Translations under genes and position numbers: made by a program
The notes under the pieces: model-generated
The model's input: the letters and a program-made list of their open reading frames with translations, nothing else
Database searches by the model: none
What the model was told of the DNA's origin: nothing
DNA from: a virus
Lineage: Duplodnaviria > Caudoviricetes
Direction: 5' to 3' (one strand)
DNA length: 57,705 nt
Virus record (IMG/VR): IMGVR_UViG_3300010289_000001
Location: 1 to 57,705 of that record
In this document: positions 19,015-28,824 of the stretch, one piece after another
Position numbering within the stretch: the first letter of the stretch is position 1
Layout: each line of letters opens with the position of its first letter

Positions 19015-20130
19015 TTACCCGCAAGCATTTTTTCTTATAAGTAGAGTTAGATAGTATGCAATAAATAAACTTATTAAAAATTTTGTTTGGTTGGTTAAAG
19101 CTAAATACTGTTTTCTATAACCTAGATCTTTTACTAAATCATCCAAAAGAATATTAATTTGTTGTTTAAAGTATATTTTAGATGTTGTTCTTTTAATTGA
19201 CATTATATTTCTTACCAACTGATAAAAATCTTTTCCACAAAGACTGTTAATCGTTTTAATCTCATTAAAAAACAATTTTAAAATTAATCTAAGTTGATCT
19301 GAATATTTTATATCTGTTAATTTTGAAGTAAAGCCACTAGCCAAACCAATATTAATTTTTGTTATATTTACAGCTTCCTCTTTAATTTTTTCATCTATGT
19401 GTTTATAAACAACTAATTTTTGAACAACTCTATTAATAATTTTATTCTCTCTCTCTTGATCCTGATACTGATATAGATCTTCTTCGTCATCCTCCAATTC
19501 AGGAGTTATAATTCCTTTTCTTTCACTAGATGCAGCATAATAAATAGCTGCAAAGCTTTTTAAACTTTGAGAAATTCTATGTCTGGTTTCCATAAAATAT
19601 GACGACATACCATCTAAATCAAATCTTTTAATTTTATCTTTATATCTTTTCATTAACTCTTTTGATAAATAATATAATGCATTTGGAATAGTTTTCTCTC
19701 TTGAAAATAAATGTGTTTTAGCTAAAGAATTTAAAGCATAAACAAAAACTTCTTTATTACAATATTTTGAAAAATATCTAGCCATTTGTTGACCATATTG
19801 TCTAATTGTAAAGTAGATAAATAAAGATTCGTAACCTATCGCATCATTATTTTTTAAAAAGTAAGACAATAAAGAAAGATAAAAAGTTGTAGGATTATCT
19901 TTTAATAAATTTGCAAATTTCTCTTCTTTTCTTCCTGCCCATAACTTTTTTCTAAACTCCCCAACTTGACTATCAGTAAGCCCTGTATAATACAAAAAAT
20001 CATAATAATCTTTTTTAGTAGTAGGAACAAAACATGGTTCGGATAAACTTCCCAAATTAGAAGAAACAACTCTTGTTAAAAAACGTCTTAACTCTATAAT
20101 ATTTATTTTATCTTTTTGAAATAAATCCAT
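19015..20130 (-). CDS. Hypothetical helical protein
   Basis: 371-aa ORF coupled to the baseplate gene (overlapping stop/start). Confidence 0.75.
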   Translation of the reverse strand: MDLFQKDKINIIELRRFLTRVVSSNLGSLSEPCFVPTTKKDYYDFLYYTGLTDSQVGEFRKKLWAGRKEEKFANLLKDNPTTFYLSLLSYFLKNNDAIGYESLFIYFTIRQYGQQMARYFSKYCNKEVFVYALNSLAKTHLFSREKTIPNALYYLSKELMKRYKDKIKRFDLDGMSSYFMETRHRISQSLKSFAAIYYAASSERKGIITPELEDDEEDLYQYQDQERENKIINRVVQKLVVYKHIDEKIKEEAVNITKINIGLASGFTSKLTDIKYSDQLRLILKLFFNEIKTINSLCGKDFYQLVRNIMSIKRTTSKIYFKQQINILLDDLVKDLGYRKQYLALTNQTKFLISLFIAYYLTLLIRKNACG

Positions 20131-22625
20131 TATATCACCCTTACTGTAATACTATCTTTAGTAAAGAATACATACTCAGGACCATATTCTAATAATTGTT
20201 TTTCAGTTAAATTTATAAGTTCAAAGTTAAAGAAAATACTAGTTTCAGGTTTCTTTAATCTACAATGACTAACCCCATCAATTTGTTGAACTATATTTAT
20301 AATTTCAGATCTAAATATGGTTGCATTACTACCAAAACGATCCTTAAATGTTTCATAAACAGTTTCTCGAACGGAAGTTATCAAGGAACTAACAGTACCA
20401 CTATAAGAAAGAGATCTAAAAACTTCAATTTCTATTTCCAGAGGAATATTATATAGAGGTAATTCAATCCAACCATTGTCAGAAAAGATGTATTTTTTAT
20501 CTTGGTTAATAACATAAACAATAGAGTCAGCAACAGGTTCATCAAATAAATAAACAACTGGGTATGACGAAGAATCAATACATTGAATTATAGTTCCTGT
20601 CATTGGGTCATTAGCACAATCCGCTCCAATTAGAATAAATCTATCGCCAAGATTTGCAGTGGGTGGTGGAGTTTGAACAATATCGAGAACATCAGAAATT
20701 GTTGTTTCATTTAATAACATATTCTGCATAATACCAGTTGTATTTGTAAATTTAATATTAGTAAAGTCAGTTAACATTTTATATTCGGATAAATCCATTG
20801 TAGAAATAATATTTTGTAAAATTTGTAGTTCAAAAACTTCTTTATCTATAGAATCATAATAAGTTTTTTCTATAACTGGTACATCATAAACTATTATGTT
20901 AGTTCCATCAACTGCAGCATTGGATCTCATAAAATTAAATAAAGGTTTCATAAATGTAACTTGACCAGAATAAGTAGCAATTAAATTTGAAGATGGATCC
21001 GAAATTGTAAAGTCATAAAATTGTGACTCACTTGGTAATGAAATATAAGGATCAAATTCAATAACAAATTCACTAGATGTTGAATCGTTTACCATTAGAA
21101 AACTTGCTCCGCTACTTCTTATTTTAAGAGTACAAGAACAAAGCGAAGCATCTGGTTCATCAGAACTATAATGTAATTTAAAAATTCCTTTGTTTCCATC
21201 TTTATAAACATGAAGTTGATCAGCAATTATATTATAATTTGATGTTGGATAACTAGTTTCTAGTGCTGGTAATATTTTTACAGAATAAATTGTATAAGTA
21301 TAATTACCAACTTCATTTATAATGTCGATGTTAATATCGAAAATAGTATAATATTCTTTATCTCCAATTGTAACAATTGTATCTCTTGGGATTAAATCTT
21401 GACTCGTAGGAACTGTTATTTTAGCATTTCTAGTTGGAACTATATTATTTATTTGATCTGGGTCAACTCCAAAAATTATAGCTGTAAACAATTCAATTTC
21501 ATTTACTTGAAGATCAGAACGTTTTAATACTGGTAATGAATTTTGTGCAATAGGGGAATTTTTGACAATAATATTTATATTTTTATAGTCATTCTCTGTT
21601 ACTAAACGATTTAAAGATGTTATTGACATAATAGAATTTTTTCTTACTGATTCAAGAGATTCTTCATTAACTCCTCCAAAAGCTGGACTTGCATTTATTA
21701 CTGTATAGTTTACAAGTTGTGTTGCTCCTGAATTGGTTGTTATATAAATTTTATCCCCATCTTTTATTGAACCGGCGATAACATTGCCCTTATCTCCTTC
21801 TGTAATTTGGGCATTTACTAACACACTTGAACCAGGAACAGGCTGATAGCCGAATAATCCATTTCCAAAACTTAATCTTCTTCCATTATCAGTTCTTCTA
21901 GAAACATAACCTCTATCAGTTGGAGACATTAAAAATAAACTTTGAAATTCTTCCCATAATGTATAACTTGCACTACCTGGTTCCCTTACTTTAACTTGGA
22001 TTCTAGCAACTTCGCCAATTAATGGAACATTTAGATTAACAAATTGATATTGCTGTATATCACTATCAATTTGAAATTCTTGCTCTACATTTTTTATTTG
22101 AGTAACAGGTAAAGTAAAAGAAAATGAGTCAACAGTTTTATTTACAAAAAGAGTATATTTTTTAGAACCATCTACAACTGTAACAACTACTGTTGCATTA
22201 TTAGTTACAGTTACAGTTGTTTTATATGTTGTAATAAATTCTACTTCATTACTAGCCCTAAATTTAAATCCAGAAGGTAAAACAAATTGCACATGCGGTT
22301 CTTCAAAACCGAATGGGATAGTAATTAGAACGACTGCTGTTGCGGGGGTTGCTTCTCTTGTATTATAACCCAAAAAAGCTGAAAGATTTAAAATTGAGTC
22401 AGGCAGTTGAGCTTTAGTTAGAAAAAATTCTCTATAAGTTGACATTTGGTAAAATAGTAGGTTACTAGTTAATGTTGATAATATGTCAATCATGAAACTC
22501 AAAAATGAAGATTTAGTCAAATCAACATTCTCTAATTCGAGATAGTTCTTTACTTGATCGGCTATTTGTGATCTGATACTATCTCTAGATGCATAAATTT
22601 GACTAGATAAAGTTGTTTCCGCCAT
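20130..22625 (-). CDS. Baseplate wedge subunit (T4 gp6-like)
   Basis: LSAFLGY, LSFGNGLFG…P, GDKGNV, NASPAFGGVNEESLESVR…NRLVTENDY. Confidence 0.85.
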   Translation of the reverse strand: MAETTLSSQIYASRDSIRSQIADQVKNYLELENVDLTKSSFLSFMIDILSTLTSNLLFYQMSTYREFFLTKAQLPDSILNLSAFLGYNTREATPATAVVLITIPFGFEEPHVQFVLPSGFKFRASNEVEFITTYKTTVTVTNNATVVVTVVDGSKKYTLFVNKTVDSFSFTLPVTQIKNVEQEFQIDSDIQQYQFVNLNVPLIGEVARIQVKVREPGSASYTLWEEFQSLFLMSPTDRGYVSRRTDNGRRLSFGNGLFGYQPVPGSSVLVNAQITEGDKGNVIAGSIKDGDKIYITTNSGATQLVNYTVINASPAFGGVNEESLESVRKNSIMSITSLNRLVTENDYKNINIIVKNSPIAQNSLPVLKRSDLQVNEIELFTAIIFGVDPDQINNIVPTRNAKITVPTSQDLIPRDTIVTIGDKEYYTIFDINIDIINEVGNYTYTIYSVKILPALETSYPTSNYNIIADQLHVYKDGNKGIFKLHYSSDEPDASLCSCTLKIRSSGASFLMVNDSTSSEFVIEFDPYISLPSESQFYDFTISDPSSNLIATYSGQVTFMKPLFNFMRSNAAVDGTNIIVYDVPVIEKTYYDSIDKEVFELQILQNIISTMDLSEYKMLTDFTNIKFTNTTGIMQNMLLNETTISDVLDIVQTPPPTANLGDRFILIGADCANDPMTGTIIQCIDSSSYPVVYLFDEPVADSIVYVINQDKKYIFSDNGWIELPLYNIPLEIEIEVFRSLSYSGTVSSLITSVRETVYETFKDRFGSNATIFRSEIINIVQQIDGVSHCRLKKPETSIFFNFELINLTEKQLLEYGPEYVFFTKDSITVRVI

Positions 22626-22637
22626 TATAAATCTCCC

Positions 22638-23318
22638 TTAACAAGGAATAACATTTCTTAATGGAAAATAAAATCCCGTTTTCTTATCAAACATATTTTT
22701 TAAACATTCTCTTAGTGTTTCATGCTTGACCAATAACTTTGAAATAAATTTAGCGTCATCTAATGTATGAATCAACTTATCGTACTCAACGAATGAATAA
22801 ATTTTCTCAACAGATTCTTCAATTAAATCAGTTGTATAGCTTTGAAATACTTGTGTTCTTAGTCTCCAGAATCTTCGTTCTGTAGGTGGATGTATTTCAA
22901 CTCCTGTCACTTGATATATTGGATAGTTATCATTTGTTGGATTTAAAAATGAACTTTCAAATTTAATTATATCCCCAGGATAAGGTTTTAAATTATAACT
23001 ACTTGGTATAACTAAAGTTGTTTCAGATGTTTTTGTATAACCGATATCTTGGGCGTCAAACGAAACGGACATGTCCTCAGTAAAAAATACAGGAAGAAGT
23101 AAAATTTTATTTCTTTTTATCCCTGATAATTGCCCTACAGGATCATAAGCACCGCCCATCAAATTTTCATTATCCCAAATAGTAGTTGTAATGTTTAAAT
23201 TATAATAAGTAGCAAGAAAAGCCACAACATGCTTACTATAATAATTATATAGTAAATCCTGGTACTCACGGATATAATCATATATCCTACTATATAATTG
23301 TATTCTATGAGAATTCAT
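22638..23318 (-). CDS. Putative neck / head-closure protein
   Basis: PYPGDIIKF…YQVTGVE pattern resembling gp14-like proteins; structural context. Confidence 0.4.
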   Translation of the reverse strand: MNSHRIQLYSRIYDYIREYQDLLYNYYSKHVVAFLATYYNLNITTTIWDNENLMGGAYDPVGQLSGIKRNKILLLPVFFTEDMSVSFDAQDIGYTKTSETTLVIPSSYNLKPYPGDIIKFESSFLNPTNDNYPIYQVTGVEIHPPTERRFWRLRTQVFQSYTTDLIEESVEKIYSFVEYDKLIHTLDDAKFISKLLVKHETLRECLKNMFDKKTGFYFPLRNVIPC

Positions 23319-24487
23319 TAGTTATTTTTTTCCTCATCTTGGTTTTCTTCTTTAGCTTTTAATCCTTTATATGCTATCCTCAATTCTGAGTCAAATTTTA
23401 TCTTTGCTTCTACTTCTCTTTGCTTCCAATCTTCTAATAATTTTAATACTTTCTTTTTACATTTTTCTACATTTTCTTTTAGATTATCACACTTTTTAAA
23501 TTGTTTTTCGAGCTCAACGACAACCATTTTAGTTGATAACCAGTCACATTGTGCATAACAGACATTTTTGGGGTATTTATCTTGATTTAAACATTTAGTT
23601 AAGCAAGAAAAATTAACTTTTTTTAATAAGTAATTCATTATAACCATTGCCATTGGAATTGGCACTGGAACCATACCAATGGTCAGAATAGTATTAAGCC
23701 ATTTTTCTTTTACTGGATCTCGTTTGGGAGGTTCAACCATCGCTTCGTTTTTTTTCATTTTGGATAATTCTGAAAATTCATTGAAAAGGCGTAAATGATT
23801 TCTGAATGATAATTTTTTTCTTAAATCATTACTTTCAATAATAAATTTTTTTACTGTTTGGATATCTAAATCTAATGTTCTAATTAGACTTTCTGCTCTT
23901 CTTGTTATTCCTTTAAATTCTGGTTTTTCTTTATCTCCTTGTAATTGTTCCTGACGAAGTTTTATTTGTAATTGTTGAACTCTTTTTGCCCACTTCATAT
24001 ACTCATTTCTTAATTTTCTTTCACACTTATCAGGATTTCTAAAATCATCACATTTAGAAATATCAGACCTAAGATCATCCGCAATCTTTCTAGCAACATT
24101 TAATTGGCATTGATATTTACATATTTTTCTCTTCTTTGAAAATGGAATATTTGTATAACACTTCTTTTCGCATGAATCCGTTAATTTTCGATAAATATAT
24201 AATGCAAACATTGAGATTGGAGGAGCTAACCCAAAAAACGCACTACCCGCAATCGCAGCAAAAGAATACTTTAAAAATTTTTTAAACTTACTTTCAAATG
24301 CTGTAATATCTTCAGTAATAGTCAGTCTAATAACATCTTCATAAGAAAGATTTTTTATATATTCACATAATTTAACATGCTCTAAAAATGTAGTTTGTTC
24401 TTTTATTATCTTACTATCCAGAACAATATCCAAGAGATATTCTCTCCCGCATTCTTTTAGCAAATTTCTTTCATCATTATTTAACAT
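23318..24487 (-). CDS. Hypothetical protein with two hydrophobic + Cys-rich repeat units
   Basis: Internal duplication (SCEKKC…CKYQC…KCDD…KCERK / SCLTKC…CYAQC…KCDN…KCKKK); start set at ATG 24487 with GGAG SD. Confidence 0.7.
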   Translation of the reverse strand: MLNNDERNLLKECGREYLLDIVLDSKIIKEQTTFLEHVKLCEYIKNLSYEDVIRLTITEDITAFESKFKKFLKYSFAAIAGSAFFGLAPPISMFALYIYRKLTDSCEKKCYTNIPFSKKRKICKYQCQLNVARKIADDLRSDISKCDDFRNPDKCERKLRNEYMKWAKRVQQLQIKLRQEQLQGDKEKPEFKGITRRAESLIRTLDLDIQTVKKFIIESNDLRKKLSFRNHLRLFNEFSELSKMKKNEAMVEPPKRDPVKEKWLNTILTIGMVPVPIPMAMVIMNYLLKKVNFSCLTKCLNQDKYPKNVCYAQCDWLSTKMVVVELEKQFKKCDNLKENVEKCKKKVLKLLEDWKQREVEAKIKFDSELRIAYKGLKAKEENQDEEKNN

Positions 24488-24491
24488 TTTT

Positions 24492-24932
24492 TTACTCCTG
24501 AACAGTTTCAAAGAATTTAAAATATGTATTTTGATCTACGATAATTTCAAGCTGCGTTAAACTTCCTTTATATGAGACATTTATATTAACTTGAAATCCC
24601 TTTCTGTTGGGAAGAAAATTTATTGTTACGTTCTTTATAGCTGCTCTATTATCATATTTTTCTATAGTATCAATAACTTCCTCTCTTATTTTTTCCTTAG
24701 TTGTTTCATCAGCTGGTTCAAAAACTAATTTATATAAATCACTACCATATTCAGGATCAAAGATATAACTTCTTTTTGGTGTTACTAAAATATTATTCCA
24801 TGAATTTAGAATAGTCTGAATTCCTTCAACTCTTTTAAAATCTCCTGTAACTCCTATGACGGAGATGTAATCTGAAATTTCAGTTCTTGACCCAGCCACA
24901 GTTTGATTAAATCGTTTAAGAAAATCAGCCAA
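24492..24932 (-). CDS. Baseplate protein gp25/GPW-like
   Basis: NILVTPKRSYIFDPEYGSDL…FEP…IEKYDNR. Confidence 0.85.
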   Translation of the reverse strand: MADFLKRFNQTVAGSRTEISDYISVIGVTGDFKRVEGIQTILNSWNNILVTPKRSYIFDPEYGSDLYKLVFEPADETTKEKIREEVIDTIEKYDNRAAIKNVTINFLPNRKGFQVNINVSYKGSLTQLEIIVDQNTYFKFFETVQE

Positions 24933-24935
24933 TTT

Positions 24936-25127
24936 TTATCTCCTAAAATCTTTTACTTTAAACTTTTGACTCATTTTAGCATTTTCTTCTTCGATCTTTT
25001 TCTGTCTTTCTTCCTCTAGTTTAGTTTTCCATTTTAAATAATCATAAAATCTTTTAACCGGCATCATAACCACTTCGGTATAAGATTGGTGGCTCATTTC
25101 CATACAAGCAAAAATATTCTCAGCCAT
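24936..25127 (-). CDS. Tail assembly chaperone C-terminal (T/gp51-like) segment, probably reached by frameshift
   Basis: MMPVKRF motif; no clear SD; the frame is open upstream to the T6 run in the preceding gene. Confidence 0.6.
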   Translation of the reverse strand: MAENIFACMEMSHQSYTEVVMMPVKRFYDYLKWKTKLEEERQKKIEEENAKMSQKFKVKDFRR

Positions 25128-25152
25128 ATCGTCTCTTAATTTAGAGATTTCT

Positions 25153-25944
25153 TCATGCTGAGTATAATGATCGAAAAAAGTTTTCCACTAATTCAATCGA
25201 ATAAATATCCTCTTTACCACAGGTGGGGCAATTACTTTTCATCTTTAGATCAATTCCATATTTACCAAACTTTTCTTCATAAGCTTGATATATTAATCTT
25301 TTATCTCTAGCAGGCAATGACATATAGGCATCTATAATATCGCCTCTATCACTATATATAATAGGAACACCTGTTGCTTCAGGAGTTTGCTCAAATTTAT
25401 CAATAATCAGTGTTTCAGTGATTAGATCTATAGTTACCCCAGGTACTGAACCTAGTGTTCTTATTCCATTTAATTCATCAAATAAAGTGGGTTGCTTAAT
25501 ATATGCAAAAACTCCTTTGCTTTTTTGTAGTTCTATCTTATGTCTTTCTTTAATAATATCATTGCCAGGATATGGTGTATAATTAAAAGTACTAGATGCT
25601 TGAACTGTAACTGGATACGTATTTGAACAACTACTACATTTTACTTGATAATTTCTAATTTCTTCATAAGTAACATGATATAAACCATAAAGCAAAGCGT
25701 CACGATCTTTCAAAGTAACATTTTTTAAAAATGAATCTATGTCTGTAATTCCTTCTGGCTTACTTACTATAGAATCAAAAATACAAGAATTTAAATGCTC
25801 TGCAATTTTTAATGGAGTTACCAAACTTCCCTTTAATCTTTCTTCTTCTTGTACATTTAATGATCTTAGAGTAAATGATTTTTTAGTCTGCGGTGTTATT
25901 ACTTCATACTCTGGATACTTAATATTAAAACCTGTGAAAACCAT
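25153..25944 (-). CDS. Baseplate hub assembly / tail chaperone (T4 gp26-like)
   Basis: YPEYEVITP…LRSLNVQEE, CSSC and CPTC Zn pairs, C-terminal ENFF; start at ATG 25944 with AAGGAG. Confidence 0.75.
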   Translation of the reverse strand: MVFTGFNIKYPEYEVITPQTKKSFTLRSLNVQEEERLKGSLVTPLKIAEHLNSCIFDSIVSKPEGITDIDSFLKNVTLKDRDALLYGLYHVTYEEIRNYQVKCSSCSNTYPVTVQASSTFNYTPYPGNDIIKERHKIELQKSKGVFAYIKQPTLFDELNGIRTLGSVPGVTIDLITETLIIDKFEQTPEATGVPIIYSDRGDIIDAYMSLPARDKRLIYQAYEEKFGKYGIDLKMKSNCPTCGKEDIYSIELVENFFRSLYSA

Positions 25945-25974
25945 TTTAAATCTCCTTTCGTTCACTTTTATTAT

Positions 25975-26436
25975 TTACATTAATCTAGTTTTAGAAATTT
26001 CTTTCTCAATCTTTTCTAATACTCTGGAAAATGACTCTCTACATTTACTTGGGTTAATAGTTTGATTACACTTAGATATATGCTTTCTAATTTCATTTCG
26101 TTTAGCAGCCAAACCATTTAGTTTATATTGTTTAATACAATTGTTTCTATCCTGCTCCTCTCTGCAAGCTTGAGTCGAAGCAGAAAAAATTTTGTAATAT
26201 GCTTTATTTCCAGAAGCCAAAGCTGCAGCAATAATTACTGATGTAACCATTAGATCAGCTTCCCTAATAATAATCATATCTAGTAAATTCTTTCTGTTTG
26301 CCACATGCTCAATATATGCAATTAACGCAAGCTTCTCATCCTTTCTTAGACCACTTTCATAAACACAAAAAGCAGCTATGGTCCTAAGATTATTTGTAGA
26401 TAATTTATTAACTTCCTGAAGATTGCCTTTGACCAT
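25975..26436 (-). CDS. Hypothetical protein, single-unit paralog of 23318-24487
   Basis: Hydrophobic segment followed by AC…NCIKQ…ISKCNQTINPSKCRE. Confidence 0.65.
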   Translation of the reverse strand: MVKGNLQEVNKLSTNNLRTIAAFCVYESGLRKDEKLALIAYIEHVANRKNLLDMIIIREADLMVTSVIIAAALASGNKAYYKIFSASTQACREEQDRNNCIKQYKLNGLAAKRNEIRKHISKCNQTINPSKCRESFSRVLEKIEKEISKTRLM

Positions 26437-27148
26437 AAGCTTTCACGGTATTCTTGATACCAGCAAATGTATTAGCTAATGACTGACATTTTGTTTTAAC
26501 CCAATTTTCTCTCCAAGCATAATCGACATTAAATTCAATTTCAATATCAAGTCTGCCAATATTTTCAACATCGCTATTGTATAAATCTTGCGGATCTTTT
26601 GTTGGAAATACACCATCATAGCAGGCGAAGAATTCTACTGTTTTTGCGTCTGGAGCAGTAGTCCAATAATATAGTAATCCTGCATAAGTTTTCTTTGTAT
26701 AACCGCTTCCATCATCCAAATCTTCCATATCTGTTGCACCAGTTCTATAATCTCTGATCATTTTAATCCAACCGTGAAAAATATCAAGAATTGGAGTTTT
26801 GTTGAATTCTAGAAATTTAATTGATACCGCATTACCGTAATCAACATTTCCTGGTACTGCCCATTTAATTCCACCTAATCCAGTAAACTCAATCTTATTT
26901 AGAGTTCCTCCTGGTACTGTATTTACGGCTAAAGCTGATGCAGCCAAAATATTCTTAATTTCAGCTTCGCTTGAAATTCCACTATTACCAGTTTCTTGAA
27001 CATACTTCACAAGATTTGCTGGAAGTTTATCAAACCAAATAAAATTATAACCAGTTACATAAGGGTCTGCAACTCCAATTGTAGTACCGCCGAATTTTCT
27101 AGTTAGAATATTTTCTCCTAAATTAGCAAAAGAATATTTCATAGCCAT
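26408..27148 (-). CDS. Tail tube protein (T4 gp19-like)
   Basis: VPGNVDYG…IKFLE…WI, YDGVFPT, IEIEFNVDY; downstream of the sheath gene. Confidence 0.75.
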   Translation of the reverse strand: MAMKYSFANLGENILTRKFGGTTIGVADPYVTGYNFIWFDKLPANLVKYVQETGNSGISSEAEIKNILAASALAVNTVPGGTLNKIEFTGLGGIKWAVPGNVDYGNAVSIKFLEFNKTPILDIFHGWIKMIRDYRTGATDMEDLDDGSGYTKKTYAGLLYYWTTAPDAKTVEFFACYDGVFPTKDPQDLYNSDVENIGRLDIEIEFNVDYAWRENWVKTKCQSLANTFAGIKNTVKAYGQRQSSGS

Positions 27149-27172
27149 GAATTATTTCCTCCTGAAAATCTA

Positions 27173-27430
27173 TTACACTTTATATTTTATACGACTTTTA
27201 ATCACATCAAAAACTGTAGTCCAATCTCCGTCTTTAATACTTATTGCTTTATCATCAATATTAGAGTATTTATGAATTGTTCTATCTAAATCAATCATTG
27301 CCATTTTAGGCATTTTTTTAACTTGGAGGTTTTCTGGATAAACAGAATATATCATTCTCTTTTTTCTAGAAGGACCAGAGAATGAATCCATCAGGAAAAT
27401 AGACTCAGATTTTTGATTTCTATTTTTCAT
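27173..27430 (-). pseudogene. Internally deleted HAD-family hydrolase remnant
   Basis: Motif I-like MIDLDRTIHKY directly abuts motif IV-like IDDKAI with the core missing. Confidence 0.5.
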
Positions 27431-27449
27431 AACCTGTAATGTTTTATAT

Positions 27450-27516
27450 TTTGTTCTAGTTATTAGAAGCAACTAGATACTATTTGATATTAGATTCTAT
27501 ATATATTAATACTTGA
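27450..27516. promoter_or_regulatory. Divergent motif B (minus, 27450-27460) and motif A (plus, 27498-27516)
   Basis: TTTGTTCTAGT and TATATATATTAATACTTGA between divergent genes. Confidence 0.7.
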
Positions 27517-27549
27517 ATGAGTATCTTATTATTTTTTTAAGGAGGCTAA

Positions 27550-28554
27550 ATGCACAAAATAAAGGTGTTTAAGAACAAGGATTACAAAATTATTTTCAAT
27601 ATGGAAACTGGTTTAGAAATATTAACTGGAATAAACGGAAAGGAAGACCCATTCATTCTTGAGCTTCCATCTCTATTAGACATTGGCATAATGGGAACTT
27701 GTGAAAGAAAATGCCCTTTTTGTTATCAAGGACATGAGAATAAACCAAATATGAAATTAGAAGATTTTAAAATGATTATAGATCAGTGCAATCATCATGT
27801 AAACCAAGTTGCACTAGGCGGGCGCGGCGACCCAAATAAGCATGAAAATTTTAAAGAAATAATTGAATATTGTAGAAAGAAAAATGTAGTGCCAAATTAT
27901 ACTACAAGTGGTTTTAATCTAACAGATGAAGAAGTTGAAATCTCAAAGTTATGTGGGTCTGTAGCAGTTAGTGACTATGAACAAAGTTACACATTTAGTG
28001 CTATAAAGAAACTAACTAATGCAGGGATTAAAACTAATATTCATAAGATTTTTTCCAAAGCAACATATCAAGATTGTATTAAAATCCTTTATGGTTATAA
28101 TCCTTGGGGAACAGATATAGAAGGTAAAATAGTATATAATATTGATCTAAAAACAATAAACGCGATTATTTTTCTTTTATACAAACCACAAGGCGCCGGT
28201 AAGAACTTAGATTTAAAACCACATAAGCATCAGTTAGAATTTTTTTCACAGTTAGTAATCAATCCAAAAACAGTATGTAAAGTTGGGATGGATAGCTGCT
28301 TAGTAAATCATGTTTTAAAATATGTTGAAATGCCTGCAGAACAGAGAATGTGTGTGGATACTTGTGAAGCGGCGAGAATGTCAGCTTATATCTCACCAGA
28401 TTTAAAATTTATGCCTTGTAGTTTTGCCGACCATTCATTATCAGTTAAAATAAACGGAAATAATTTAAAGGAGCTTTGGAATAATGGGCATCCTTTCAAA
28501 ACTTTTAGAGCTATTTTAACCAAAACGCCTTGCTCATGCCCAATCGAACTATAA
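27550..28554 (+). CDS. Radical SAM protein with SPASM/Twitch-like C-terminus
   Basis: CERKCPFC (CxxxCxxC), ALGGRGDP, NYTTSG, CEAAR…ISPD…PCSF. Confidence 0.9.
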   Translation: MHKIKVFKNKDYKIIFNMETGLEILTGINGKEDPFILELPSLLDIGIMGTCERKCPFCYQGHENKPNMKLEDFKMIIDQCNHHVNQVALGGRGDPNKHENFKEIIEYCRKKNVVPNYTTSGFNLTDEEVEISKLCGSVAVSDYEQSYTFSAIKKLTNAGIKTNIHKIFSKATYQDCIKILYGYNPWGTDIEGKIVYNIDLKTINAIIFLLYKPQGAGKNLDLKPHKHQLEFFSQLVINPKTVCKVGMDSCLVNHVLKYVEMPAEQRMCVDTCEAARMSAYISPDLKFMPCSFADHSLSVKINGNNLKELWNNGHPFKTFRAILTKTPCSCPIEL

Positions 28555-28583
28555 TAACCTTAAAAAAATTAATGGAGGTATAG

Positions 28584-28763
28584 ATGTTGTTAAAAATTAT
28601 ATTTTTGATTTTGCTTGGATTATTCTTGTCATCAATAATAAAAGTATTGGCTTCAAACGAATCATTTGCTTGGTGGTTTAACATATCTATAATTTTTCTA
28701 TACTATATAATTGTTATTAGACCAGAAGTAAATAAATCTATGAAAGGAGGAAAGAAAAGTTAA
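28584..28763 (+). CDS. Small 2-TM membrane protein (59 aa, not in ORF track)
   Basis: GGAGG SD; MLLKIIFLILLGLFLSSII…WWFNISIIFLYTIIVI…KGGKKS*. Confidence 0.65.
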   Translation: MLLKIIFLILLGLFLSSIIKVLASNESFAWWFNISIIFLYYIIVIRPEVNKSMKGGKKS

Positions 28764-28772
28764 ATGGTAACG

Positions 28773-28817
28773 AAAAATAAAGGGTGATGTCTTTCGACGC
28801 CACCCTTTATTTTTTTT
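28773..28817. terminator. Bidirectional intrinsic terminator
   Basis: AAAAATAAAGGGTG…CACCCTTTATTTTTTTT between convergent genes. Confidence 0.85.
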
Positions 28818-28824
28818 CTAAAAA

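Noticed and set aside
27498-27510. Motif A as an archaeal TATA box
   Set aside because: The RNAP is bacterial-type and the motif has a fixed downstream TGA; an archaeal host is not supported, though host identity is not established here.
27550-28554. Radical SAM gene as queE
   Set aside because: It has a SPASM/Twitch-like C-terminus, lacks recognisable QueE N-terminal motifs, and lies far from folE2.
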